DNA from: Scenedesmus sp. PABB004
Lineage: Eukaryota
Assembly (NCBI GenBank): GCA_014905635.1
Contig: JABVCE010000018.1
Span: forward strand, 310,001-374,000
DNA length: 64,000 bases
Direction: 5' to 3'
The position numbers and the translations under genes are program-made. The notes beneath the pieces are model-generated. The model did not search any database, was not told the origin of the DNA, and saw nothing but the letters and a program-made list of their open reading frames with translations. Shown here one piece after another: positions 1 to 12,800 of this stretch. Position 1 is the stretch's first letter, and each line of letters opens with the position of its first letter.

Positions 1-3000
1 CCGGGCGCGGCTGGCCGGCCAGCGCGGCGCCCTCGGCCGGCGCGCGGAGCCTGCAGGGCATGTCCACGCTGCTCAGCGGCAGCCGCCGCCAGCGCCAGGT
101 GGCGGCAATCGCGAGCATGCAGCCCATGCCCGTCACGACGGCGCAGCGCGACGCGGCGGCGGCGGCCGCCGCCGCCGCCGCGGCCGCGGGCGGCGACGGC
201 CCGCGCGCCACGCCGCGGCCGCCCGTGTTTGAGCTGGAGGTGCTGCTCAGCCCCAGCCTGGAGGCTCTGGAGCTGGAGCCCGACCCGGGGCAGCTCCAGG
301 TGTGCGTGCGCACGCGCACGGCCAGCGCCGCGCGCCAGCGCCGCGCGCCAGCGCCTGCGGGGCGCCTGTGGGGGCGCAGCCCAGGGCGGCGGCGCGCACG
401 ACCGCGCCGCCCCGCGCGCTCGCGCGCCTCGTCGCAGGCCCAGATGGCGGCCGTGCTGCTGGGCTTCCGCTCGGCCGTGACGAGCGTGCCGCGGCTGTAC
501 ACGCGGCCGGCGCTGGCGGGCGTGCTGGGCGCAAAGCTGGAGGAGCTGCAGGAGGAGACGCCGCTCGCCGAGCTGGTCGTCGCGGGCGACTGCGAGGAGC
601 TGGTGCGCCGCGCTGCGGCGCCGGCCGCCGCCGCCTAGCCTGCCTGGGTGTGGCTTGGTCGCGCCGACGCTGCGCGCGCCGCCGCCGCCGCCGCCACCGG
701 CAGGCGTCCGCGACGAGGGCGGCGCTGGACGTCGCGCTGGCGCGCGCGGGCGCGCAGCGCACCGCCTACGCGCCCTTCCGCGACATGCTGTCCTTTGCGC
801 GCGGCCTCGACCTCGCCAGCCTCGCGCCGGCGTTCAAGGCTGCGAGCGGGTTCGCGGGCCTGGCTGCGGCGGCCGGCCGCGACGGCGGCGCGACGAGCAG
901 CGGAGGTGCGGGCCCGCCCCGGCCCCGGGCCACCTGCCGGGCCCTGCAGCTGCGCCTCGCCCCGCGGCCGCCGCCGCTCACCAGCGCGCGCTCGGCCGCG
1001 CGCAGACGGCGCGGCCGCCGCGGAGCCCAGCCTGGCGGGCCTGCCCAGCGCGGCGTCGCTGGCGCCGTCGGGGACCGAGTGCGACGCCGGCGGCGCCGTG
1101 TGCCTCGGGACGTTCCGCGCGCTACTCGAACGACTGGGCGCGCACCGGGCGGAGATCGAGAGCCTGCTGCCGGCGTGCGACGTCGACGTCGTGCGGCTCA
1201 ACGTGGCGGCGCTGCAGCGCGCGCTCGCGCCCTGGCCGGCCGGCCGCCTCGCAGAGCTGCACCGCGCGCTGCCCGCGCTCGCCGCCGGTGCGATCGCGCG
1301 AGCGGCGCTCGGCCGCCCCCTGCTCCCTACGCCACTGCTCAGCCGCTCGCGGCCGCGCCGCAGAGCTGCTGCGTGAGTACATGGACGCCCTGCATGCGGC
1401 GCAGTCGCGCCTCGCAGCCGCGCCCACGTGCGTGCAGGACTACGCCGACAAGACCACCTTCCTCGCGGCGTTCTTGCGCCAGCGCGGCGCCATGGAAGCC
1501 GCAGCCGCGCAGGTGCGACCTGTGCGCGGACGAGGCGCAGGCGGCCCAGCGTTGGCCGCCGCGCAGGGCGCAGCGCCGCCGCGCGCGAGCGCGAGCTCGG
1601 CGTCGCTGCGTGGCGCACACCGCGCGTGCCGCGCGTGCACCACGTGCTGCCCCGCTGCCGCCGCCGCCGCGTGGCGCAGGTCCACGCGCTGTACTCGCTG
1701 CTGGACGAGTGGCGCATCCCCGTGCCCGCCGTCGACCGCGCCGGGTACGCGAGCCTTGACAGCAGCTCCGCGGGGCTCTGGGCGCTCGCCGAGGAGGTGG
1801 AGGCGGGGCGCGACGAGGCGGTGGCCAAGTTCGCTGCGCAGCTCGATGCGGGTGCGCGGCGGCGGGGGCGGTGGGCGGGGGTGGGGAGCGCGGAGACCGT
1901 GGCCTCCGAGGGGAACCCGAGGGGGGAGCGCGTGCAGGAACGCCCGGCGACCGCGTACGCCGCGTGCGCAGGCGTGGAGTCGCTGGCCGCCGATGTGGCA
2001 GCGCTGCGCGGCGCGGCGCAGGCGGAGCTGCTGCTCAGCGTCGACGCGTCGCGCGGCGCGGTGCTGGACGAGCTGCAGCAGCTCGCCGCGGGCCTCGAGG
2101 CCCACGCGGCGGAGCTGGCGCGCATCAACGCGCGTCAGCGCCTCTTCAAGGTGCGCGGCGGGCGGCGCAGCTCACGCGCACGCACGCGCGCTCTGCGCGG
2201 CGCGCGGCGCCGCCTCGTCCCGCCGCCGCCCGGCCCTCGCACTCGCTGCCCGTCGACCCGCCGCTGCGCCACCGCGCCGCGCAGGTCGCAGAGAGCCGCA
2301 TCGAGGACCTGCCGGCGGCGCAGGAGGACGTGGAGCTCAAGCTGAGCCTGTGGACGGCGAGCGCCGAGTTTGACGACGCCGCTGCGGCCTGGCGCGCCGC
2401 GCGTTTTGGCGCGCTGGACCTCGCCGCCATGGAGGAGGCCGTGGCGAGGTACAACAGGCTCGCCACGCGGGTGGAGCGGGGCCTGCCGCCCTGCGCGCTC
2501 GTGTCCAAGCTGCGCGCCGCCGTGGACGAGCACCGCGCGCTGCTGCCGGTCGTCGCGGCGCTGCGCAACACCGCGCTCAAGGAGCGCCACTGGGCCAAGG
2601 CCTTTGCCGCACTCGGCGCCGAGCTGCCGCGCGACGAGACGTTCACGCTGCAGGCGCGCGGCACGGGGGCCGCTGCGGGGCGCCCCGCGCGAGCGCGCGG
2701 CGTCGCTCTCGCGCGCCGCCGATCCCTCCCGCCCGCCCCGCCGCCATGCAGGCGCTGCTCGACGCGCGCGTCGGCGCCGCCGCGGACGCGCTCGTCGCGG
2801 TCAGCGCCGAGGCGAGCCAGGAGGCGGCGCTGGAGGAGCTGCTCGCCCGCGTCGTGGCGCGGTGGGGCGGCATCGAGCTCGCGCTGCTGCCCTACAAGGA
2901 CACCAAGGACACCTACGTGCTGGGAGGGCTGGACGACCTCCAGGTGGGCGCTCTGGCGCCCTGCCGCCGCGCTGGGCCAGGCCGGCCCCAAAATGTGCCG

Positions 3001-6000
3001 CTCAGCCGAGCCTGTCCTCCTCGGCCCCGGCTGGCCCGGCCCGCCCCCCGCTCGCGCTGCGGCGGGCTGAGCGACCGGCCGCCGCGCGGCGGCGCGCCCG
3101 CAGGCCGCGCTCGAGGACAGCCTGGTGACCATGACCACCATCCTCGGCTCGCGCGCCGTCGGCGGCATCCGGGGCGAGGTGGAGCGCGTGGAGCGGCAGC
3201 TCGGGCTCTTCCGCGAGACGCTCGACCAGTGGCTGCAGGCGCGGCGCGGCGCGGCGCGGCGCGGCTCACCGCAGCGGCGGCCGGGCGCCGCGCGCCTGCC
3301 TCCCCGCTGCCCGCGGCCGCGGAGCCGCCAGCTCTTAAACTGGCGTCCCCCCGTGCCCGCAGGTCCAAAAATCGTGGATGTATCTCGAGCCGATCTTCAG
3401 CGCGGCCGACATACAGAAGCAGCTGCCCGCCGAGGCGCGCGCGTTTGAGCACGTCAACCGCCAGCTGCGTGAGCTCATGCGGCGCGTCAAGGACCGGCCC
3501 AACGCGCTGCAGACCGCGAGCAACCCCGGTGCGCGGCGGGGCGCTCGAGCAGCCGAGCCCCCGCGCGCGGGGAGCGGGGGCTCACCACTCACAGCGCCGC
3601 CCGACCGCCCCGCGCTGCAGCGCTGCTCGAGACGCTGACCCACTGCCAGGAGACGCTCGAGGCGATCCAGGGCAGCCTCGAGGAATACCTGGAGACCAAG
3701 CGCGTCGCCTTCCCGAGGCGCGCCGGCGGCGGCAGCGCGTGCCCGGCCGCCGCCCGTCGCCGCGCCGCCGCATGCGCTAGGGTTTAGGGCTCCCTCTAGA
3801 CCACCTCCCTGCTGAACCGCCGCCGCCCGCGCCCCAGGTTTTACTTCCTCTCCAACGACGAGCTGCTGGACGTCCTGGCCCAGGCCAAGGCGCCGCAGGC
3901 GGTGCAGCCGCACATGGCCAAGTGCTTTGATGGCATCCGCCGCCTCGACTTTGGGGACGACCCCCGGTCGGCCGACATCTCAGCGATGGTCTCGGGTGCG
4001 GCGGCGAGGGGCCTGTTGGGCCCTTGCGAGTCGGGCCGCGGCGGCGCACGCATGGGGCGGGGGCGCGGGCGCGGCGGAGCGAGGCTCGCGCCGGCGGCCG
4101 GCGTGCGTGCGGGTGGGCGGCGTTGACGCTGCGCCGCGCGCCGCGTGCCGCGCGCCGCGCGCCGCAGCCGAGGGCGAGCGCGTGAGCCTCGGCAAGAACC
4201 CGGTCAAGGTGCGCGGCGGCGCGGAGGCGTGGCTAGGAGTGGTCGAGTCGGGTGCGCCTGGCACCGCGCGCGCGCGTGCGCGCGCACGCGTGCGGGCGGC
4301 CGCCCGGCCTCCAGCCTGCTGCCTGCCCAGCTGCCCGCTTTCACTGCCGCCGCTGCAGCCATGGTGTCCAGCCTCCGCCGCCTGGCCAAGGCCGGCATGG
4401 CGACGTACGCCGAGGAGCCGCGCGCCGAATGGGTGCTGCGGCAGCCGGCGCAGCTCGTGCTGGCGGTGAGCCAGGCGCACTGGTGCGCCGCGGCGGAGGC
4501 GGCGCTGCGCGCGGACGCGCCGCAGGACGCGCTGCGGGCCTTCCATGAGGTGCGGCGCGCGCGGAGAGGTGGCCGCCCGCGCCAGCACGCATGCGAGGGC
4601 TTGGCGGCCCACGCCGCGGACGCCCGGCTGCCCCGAGCGCGTCCGCAGGCCAACGTGGCGCAGCTCGCCGACCTCACGCGCCTCGTGCACGGCGAGCTGC
4701 CCCCGCTCACGCGCCGCGTGGTGGCCGCGCTGATCACGGTCGACGTCCACGCGCGCGACGTCGCGGCGGTGCTGGCGGCCGGGGGTGCGCGCGGCGCGGA
4801 GGCGTTTGACTGGCAGCGGCAGCTGCGGTACTACTGGGAGGACGACGACCTGGTCGTGCGCCAGGTCAGCGCGCGCTTTGTGTACTGCTACGAGTACCTG
4901 GGAGCGCAGCCGCGCCTCGTGATCACGCCCACGGTGCGCGCACGGAGCGGGTTCCAGGGAGTCGTTCTGAGGCTGCTGCTGCGCGGTGCGTGCGCGCGCC
5001 CGCCGCCGACGGCCGCGCCGCCGCCGCCGGCCTGCGCGCAGACCGACCGCTGCTGCCTCATCCTGACGACCGCGCTGCACCTCAAGCTCGGCGGCGCGCC
5101 CGCGGGGCCGGCCGGTGCGGCTCGTGGGCCGCGCCCGCGCCGCTCAGCTGGCGCTGCCGGCGCCGCGCCCTGATCCGCAGCGCCGCCGCCACGCATCCAG
5201 GCACGGGCAAGACCGAGACGGTGAAGGACCTGGGCAAAGCGCTGGGCGTCAACTGCGTGGTCTTCAACTGCGGCGACAACCTGGACCACAAGGCGGGGGC
5301 GCGGGCGCCGGGGCCCACCGCCGCAGCCCCGCGCGCGCGCCTCCCTGTGACGCGGCCTGCCACCGCCTGCCGCTGCCGCCCGCAGTTCATGGGCAGGTTC
5401 TTTGCTGGCCTCGCGCAGTCGGGCGCGTGGGCGTGCTTTGACGAGTTCAACCGCATCAACGTCGAGGTGGGCCAGGCCGCGCTGCGGCAGCCGGGCGCGG
5501 CCCCGGTGCAGCCGAGCCAGCGCGGCCGCCCTGCCGCGCTGCGCCACGCCGTGTTGACGCGCGCCGCCGCGCCACCGCCGTCGGCGGCGCGACAGGTGCT
5601 GTCGGTCGTTGCGCAGCAGCTGCTGACGCTGCAGCATGCGCTGCGCGGCGGCCTCGAGCGCTTCTGGTTCGAGGGCCGGCCCATCCGGCTCGTCCCGAGC
5701 TGTGGCGTGTTTGTGACAACGAACCCTGGCTACGCCGGGCGCACCGAGCTGCCCGACAACCTCAAGGTGCGGCTGGCGGCTGCCTGCCGTCACGCTTGCG
5801 GACGCTGCGGACGGGTCGTGGGCGCGCGCACCAGCGCTGCGCCGCGCGCCGACCCTGCGCTCCCTGCCCGCGCGCGCAGGCGCTGTTCCGGCCCGTCGCG
5901 ATGACCGTCCCAGACGCCGCGCTCGTCGCAGAGGTGCTGCTCTTTGCCGAGGGCTTCACCGGCGCGGCGGGGCTGTCGCGCAAGATGGTCCACCTGTACC

Positions 6001-7750
6001 GCCTCGCCTCGGAGCAGCTCAGCCAGCAGCCACACTACGACTTCGGCCTGGTGGGGCGCGCCGGCGCCGTCCGCGCCGCGCCAGGCCCACCGGCCCCGCC
6101 GCGCCGCGCCGCCGCGCCGCGCCGCGCCGCCGACCGCACACGGCGCCCTGCGCCGCGCCGCTCCGCGCGTGCCGCAGCGCGCGGTCAAGGCGGTGCTCGT
6201 CATGGCGGGCGGGCTCAAGCGCGGGCACCCGGGGCTGCCCGAGGAGCTGCTGCTTATCCGCGCGATGCGGGACTCCAACCTCCCCAAGCTCCTCGCCGCC
6301 GACGCGGGTGCGCCGCGCGGCCGCGGCGCGGCGCGGCGGGCGCGCCGCCAGGGCCGGCCGCCGGCGATGATCGCGCCGGCCGCCGCCGCCGCCAAATGAT
6401 CGCGCCGCCGCTCTGCCGACCGCTGCGCGCAGAGCTGTTTGGCAACATCATTTCCGACCTCTTCCCAGGCGTGGCCGTGCCCGACCAGGTGCGGCGCGTG
6501 GCGCTCGCTCGCAGACCTGCTGGCCCAGCGCTGCGCCGCTGGGGCTCCGCCGCCGCGCCGCGCCTCGCCGCGCCGCGCCGCGCCGCGCCGCGCCGCGCCG
6601 CGCCGCGCCGGGCCAGCAGCCGCCGGCGCCGCCCGGGCGGCGGCCGCAGGACTACGGCGAGCTGGAGGCCAGCGTGCGCGCGGTGCTCGCGCAGCGGGGG
6701 CAGCAGGCGCCGCCGGGCTTTGTCAGGAAGGTGGTGCAGATGGTGCGCCGCCCGGGCTGCCACCGGGCGCGGCCGCCGCGGCCGCTGAACTGATCATGAT
6801 TGATCCTTGCTGCCGGGAAGGCCAGCACCGGGGGCGTGCGCGTGCGCGCGATCGACGTGCGCCCACCCACCCACACGCGCGCCGCCGCCTGATACGCCGC
6901 GCCGCCGGCAGTACGACACCCTGACGGCGCGCTTCGGCGTGATGCTCGTCGGCCCGACCGGCGGCGGCAAGACCACCTGCTGCGCCACGCTCGCGGGCGC
7001 GCTCACCCGGCTGCGCAGCGAGCTCGCGCACCCGAGCGAGGCGTACCAGGCGCGGCGGCGCGCGCTGCGTGCTGCGTGCTGCGCACGCCCTGGGCGCGTT
7101 GCACAGCGCGGCGCTGTGGCGTGTGGGCACCAACCCGCCCCGCCCCGCGCGGCGCGCCGCATGCGTGCAGGTGGTGCACACGAGCACGCTCAACCCCAAG
7201 GCCGTCACCCTGGGCGAGCTGTTCGGCGAGTTCAGCCCGCTCACCGGCGAGTGGCGCGACGGCCTCGCGTCGAGCCTCATCCGCGCCGCCGCGGCCGCGC
7301 CGGGGCCGGACGCGCGGTGGGCGGTCTTTGACGGCCCCGCCGACGCGCTGTGGGTGGAGTGCCTCAACACGGCGCTCGACGACAACTGCACGCTCTGCCT
7401 GCCCAACGGCGAGCGCGTCAAGCTCAACGCCGCGACGCAGCGCATGGTGTTTGAGGTGGCCGACCTCGAGGCCGCCTCGCCCGCGACAGTCAGCAGGTCT
7501 GGCCACGGCGGAGCCGCCGCCGGCGGGGCCTGGGGCCGCGCGGCGCGCGCGCTTCGGGGCTCACGCCGCTGGGTGCCGCCGCTGGGTGCCGGCGCGCAGG
7601 TGCGGGATGGTCTATGTCGCGGCCGAGGTGCTCGGCTGGCGCCCCGCGGTGCAGAGCTGGCTCGCGCGCCTGCCAGAGGTGCGAACCGGTTCTTCGTGCG
7701 CCACGCGCACCCAGCGGCGGCAGCGCCCCAGCTGGCCGTGCGCGGGCCAA

Positions 7751-7806
<56 letters not shown>

Positions 7807-9822
7807 TGGCTGGTGCACGCGCGCCGTGCAGGTGGTGCCGGGGCTGTGTGCGGAGCAGGCGGACGCGGTGCTGGCGCTGTTTGACGCCCACGTGGACGCG
7901 GGGCTGGCGTGGGTGCGGTGCCACGGCAGCAAGTACCTGCCCAGCGTCGACAGCGCCCTCACGACGAGCCTGGCGCTGTTGCTGCAGGTGCGCGCGGGGT
8001 GCCTCAGCACGCGCGGCTCGGCGCGGCAGCACGAGCGCTGCTGCGGCCGCCAGCCGCTGAGTGCGGCCGCCGGTGCCGCCGCGGCGCGCAGTCGCTGATG
8101 GATCCCAGCCGCGGCCTGAGCCTCGGCGAGCTGATGGGCGAGGCGCTTGCCACCGCGCTGGGGCGGGTGTTTGCGTGGGCGTTTGTGTGGGCCCTCGGCG
8201 GCGGCCTGGCGCCAGTGGCGCGCGAGGGCTTCGACGCGTTTGTCCGCGACCGCCTCGCCGACGTTGCCGCCTTCCCGGGTGAGCCTGCTGTGCTGCTGTC
8301 TGCCCAACACGGGCCGCCTGCTCGCCAGCAGCGGCCGGGGGTCTTGCGGCCGCGGCGGCGAGCCCGGGCGGTGCGCGCTGCGCGCTGCGCGCGCTGAGGC
8401 CGCCGCGCCCGACGCGCGCCGCCCAGGTGGCGGGCTGGTGTATGACTACCGCCTCGCTGTCACCGCGGCGGGCGCGCCCGAGTTCCGGCCCTGGGCGGAG
8501 GCCGTGCCGCGCTTTGCGTACAGCAGCGCGACGCCGTTTGCCGAGGTGTGGTGCGGCGGCCGGGAGGCGCGTCGCCGCCCACGCGCGCGCGAACCTGGCT
8601 GCATCCGACCGCCCCCCGCGTGGCGGCTGCGCCGCAGATGCTGGTGCCGACGGTGGACACCGTGCGCGTGGCGTTCCTCCTTGAGGCGTTGCTCGACGCC
8701 CAGCGCGGCGTGCTGCTCGTCGGGCCCACCGGCGCCGGCAAGAGCGTGACCGCCGCCGCGGCGCTGCAGGCGCTCGCGGCCGCGCCGCCGCCGGGCGCCG
8801 GCAGCGGCGCCGCCGCCGGCGGCCGGCGCGTGGCGGGGCGGGTGCTGCCGCACACGCTGCTGTTCAGCGCGCAGACGAGCAGCGCCGACGCGCAGGCGCT
8901 GGTCGAGGCAAAGCTCGAGCGCAAGCGCAACGCCAGGTGGGGAGGGGGGGCACGAGGGCTTCAACCCCCTCCTCGGCCGCGCGCGGCGGCGCACAAGGGT
9001 CACGCCCGCCCCGCCCGTGGCGCGCTCACTGCCCGCCTCTTGCCACGCGCAGGCTCGGCGCGCCGGCGGGTAAGGCCTTGGTTCTGCTGGTTGACGACCT
9101 CAACATGCCGGCGCGGGAGCGCTCCGGCGCGCAGCCGGCGGTCGAGCTGCTGTGTACGCTCGCCGACGCGCGCGGGCTGTGGGACCGCAAGGCCCTCTCC
9201 TGGCGCGCCGTCGACGAGGACGTGACGCTCTGCGCCGCGTGCGCGCCGCCGGGCGGCGGCCGGCAGGAGGTCACGCCCCGGCTCCTGCGCCACTTTGCGG
9301 CGCTCGCGGTGCCGCCGCCGAGCGAGGGCGCGGTGAAGACGATCCTCATCGCGATCCTCGGCGGCTGGCTCGCCGACTTTCCGGCCGAGCTGCGTGCGCT
9401 CTCGGCGGCGCTTGTGGACGCGAGCGCCGCGGCGTACGGCAGGTCCGGGGAACGCGGCACGCGCGCGCGCGCGCCAGGAGCCCCGCGCCGGCGCGGCACC
9501 TGCCGACGCCGCCCGCCGGCGCAACCGACTCCACGCAGGGTGTGCGAGGAGCTGCTGCCCACGCCGGCCAAGAGCCACTACGCGTTCAGCCTGCGCGACC
9601 TCGGCCGCCAGGCGCAGGGCCTGCTCATGGCCGCGCCGCGCGCCTGCGCCACGCGCGAGGCGCTCGCCCGCCTCTGGCTGCACGAGGCCTGCCGCGCTTT
9701 TGCCGACCGCCTGGTGGGCGACGAGGACAGAGCGATTTGCCACAAGCTGCTGGTGCGGCGGCGGACGGGACGACGACCGCGCGGCGCCCAGCCTCCCTCT
9801 CGGCTTCGCGGCCGACCCAGCT

Positions 9823-9865
<43 letters not shown>

Positions 9866-12800
9866 GCAGCTCGAGGCGGCTGCCAAGCACGGCCTGCCGC
9901 CGCTGAGCGCCGCCGACTGCGCTGGCGAGCGTGCGGTCGTCTGGGCAGACTTCCTCGTGCCCGGCCAGGAGCACAGCGCGCGCGCGTACGAGGAGGCCCC
10001 CACGCCGGCCGCGCTGGCGGCGCTGCTGGAGCGTCACCTTGATGACTACAACGCCACCGCGGCCACGCCGCTCAACCTGGGTGCGGCGGCGCCGAGGGCT
10101 GCAGCGCGTGGTGGCGACGTGTGGGCGCGCCGGCGACGCCGGGCTGCGTTTGGCCGCCGCGCAGCTCTCACGCCGCCCCGCGCGTGCGCGTGCCCGTGTG
10201 TCCCGCGCAGTCTTCTTCCAGGCGGCCGCGGAGCACGTGTGCCGCCTCGCGCGCGTGCTGCGCCAGCCGCGCGGGCACGCACTGCTCGTCGGCGTGGGCG
10301 GCTGCGGCAAGGCGAGCCTCGCGCGCTTTGCCGTGCACGTGTGCGGGCTGAAGGCCTTCCAGCTCGAGCTCAGCCGGGGCTACGGGCGCGCCGAGTTCAG
10401 GGAGGACCTCAAGGCCCTCTACAGGCACGCACAGCAGCGCACCATGCTGGCGGGCAGTGCGGCAGCCGTCGATTGTGCGGCCGCTGGCTGACCAATGCGC
10501 CTGCGCGTGCGCGCCCGCACCGCGCACGGCCCTCCCGCCGCGCAGGACCGCGGGCGTGGCGGGCGAGCGCGTCGCGTTCCTGCTGGGGGACGGCCAGATC
10601 GTGCAGGAGGCGTTCCTGGAGGACGTCAGCCACATGCTCACCTCGGGTGCGCGCGCACGCCGCGGCGGGGGCGGCCCGCACGCTCTCTCTGCGCCGGTGC
10701 CGCGTGCCGTGCTGTGACCGCGGCGCCCGCGCGCCGCGCCCGCGCTGCAGGAGAGGTGCCCGGGCTGTTCGCGCCCGACGAGCGCGAGCGCATCGCGGCG
10801 GACGTGCGGGAGTGGGTCGAGGCGCGCGGCGGCGCGGCGTCCAACGACGCCTGCTTTGCCGCGTTCCTGGCGCGCGCGCGCGACAACCTGCACCTCGTGC
10901 TCATTATGAGCCCCGCCGGCGGCGCCTTCCGCGCGCGGTGCGGGCGGGCCAGGGCCCCACGCCTGCCAAGCGCGCTGCGGTGCTCTCGCCGAGAGCACCG
11001 CCGACCCGCGCCTCACACGCGCCCGCCCACAAACACGCCTGCACACACCTCACCTACCAGGTGCCGGCAGTTCCCCGCGCTCCTCAGCTGCTGCACCGTG
11101 GACTGGTTCAACAGCTGGCCGGCCGAGGCGCTGCTGAGCGTCGGCCGCCGCGCGCTCGCGGGCGCCGAGCTCGCCCTGCACGCGGCCGGCGGCGCGCCGG
11201 ACGCGATCGCCACGCTGTGCGTGCGCATTAATGGGAGCGTCGAGGCCATGGCGGTGCGCTTCTTTGCCGAGCGGCGCCGCCGCGTCCACACCACGCCCAC
11301 CATCTTCCTGGACCACGTGGCTTTGTACCTCCAAGTCCTGTCCCAGAAGCGGTGCGCCCCTGGAACCAGCTTGCCCGGCCCGCCGGCGCAGCAGGCTGCC
11401 TCGACATGCTCCCGTGCGGGGGCCGGGTGTGAGCCCGGGCACCGACCGCCGCCGCCGCCGCCGCTGCCGCCACCACGCAGCGAGGAGCTGCGCCAAGCGC
11501 GCGACCGACTGCTGGATGGCGTTGCGCGCCTGAGTGAGACCAACGCGCTGGTTGCGAGCATGCGGGCCGACCTCGCGCGCCTGCAGCCCGAGCTGGAGGC
11601 CAAGGCCGCGGCCACGGCCGAACTGCTGGTCAAGGTGCGGCGGCGGGGCGCCCGCGGGGCGCCTGCGCTCGCCGGCCGCTCCACCGCCGCGCCTGACGTG
11701 ACCGTCCGTGCTGGCGCGCGCGCGCCGCAGGTCGCCGCCGACGCGGCCGAGGCGGAGCGCGTGCGCGGCGTCGTCGCGGCGGAGGAGGGCGAGGTCGCGG
11801 CGCTCGCGCGCGGCACGCGGGGCATCGCGGACGAGGCCAAGGCGGAGCTGGCGGAGGCGCTGCCCGCGCTCGAGGCGGCGCTGGAGAGCCTCAAGTCGCT
11901 GAACAAGACTGATATAGTGGAGATCAAGAGCTTTGCCAAGCCGCCGCCGCTCGTCCAGCTCACGCTCGAGGCGGTCTGCATCCTGCTGCAGGAGAAGCCC
12001 GACTGGGACACGGTGGGTGGAGCCTCTGCGTGGGCCGCTACGATGATAGATGCATGCACGCATCGCGCCGGCCCGGCGCGCCGCCCCGGCGCGCCGCCCT
12101 GCCGCGCGCACCGCCCTCGGCCGGCGTGACACCGCGCCCGCCCGCCCGCGCTCGCGCCCGCCCGCGCGCCCGCCTGCGCCGCCGCGCCCGCCGCCGCCGC
12201 AGGCCAAGCGCGTGCTGGGTGACGTCAACTTCATGCGCAGCCTCGAGGAGTTTGACAAGGACGCCATCCCCGAGCCCGTGGTGCGCCGCCTCGCGCGCTA
12301 CACAGACGACCCCGCCTTCACGCCCAACGCGGTGGCCAAGCAGAGCCGCGCCGCGATGAGCCTGTGCATGTGGGCGCGGGCGATGGAGGTGTACCACAGG
12401 TGGGTTTAGGCGCGGCCGCGGCGGCCGCGGTGGTGGGATGCTGGGGCGCGCGCGCGTGCGTGTGCAGGGCTGCTCGCATTGAGCGGCCGGCCCCTGCCTC
12501 GGCGCCGGCGCGCGTGCGCGCAGGGTGGCCAAGGCGGTGGCGCCGAAGCGCGAGCGCCTGCGCGAGGCCGAGGCGCGGCTGGAGGCGGCGGACGCGCAGC
12601 TGCGGGAGAAGCGGGTCGCGCTCGACGCGGTGGAGAGCCGCGTGGAGGGGCTGCGGCGGGCGCTGGCGGACGCGCAGGGCGAGCAGTCGCGCCTGGACGA
12701 CCTGGTGTGGCGGCGGCGACGCCGGGGGTTTTGCGCGCGCGCGAGCCAGTGCAGCCCCCGGCTGGGCCGCGGCCCACCCTCCCGTGTGCCCGCTTGCCCG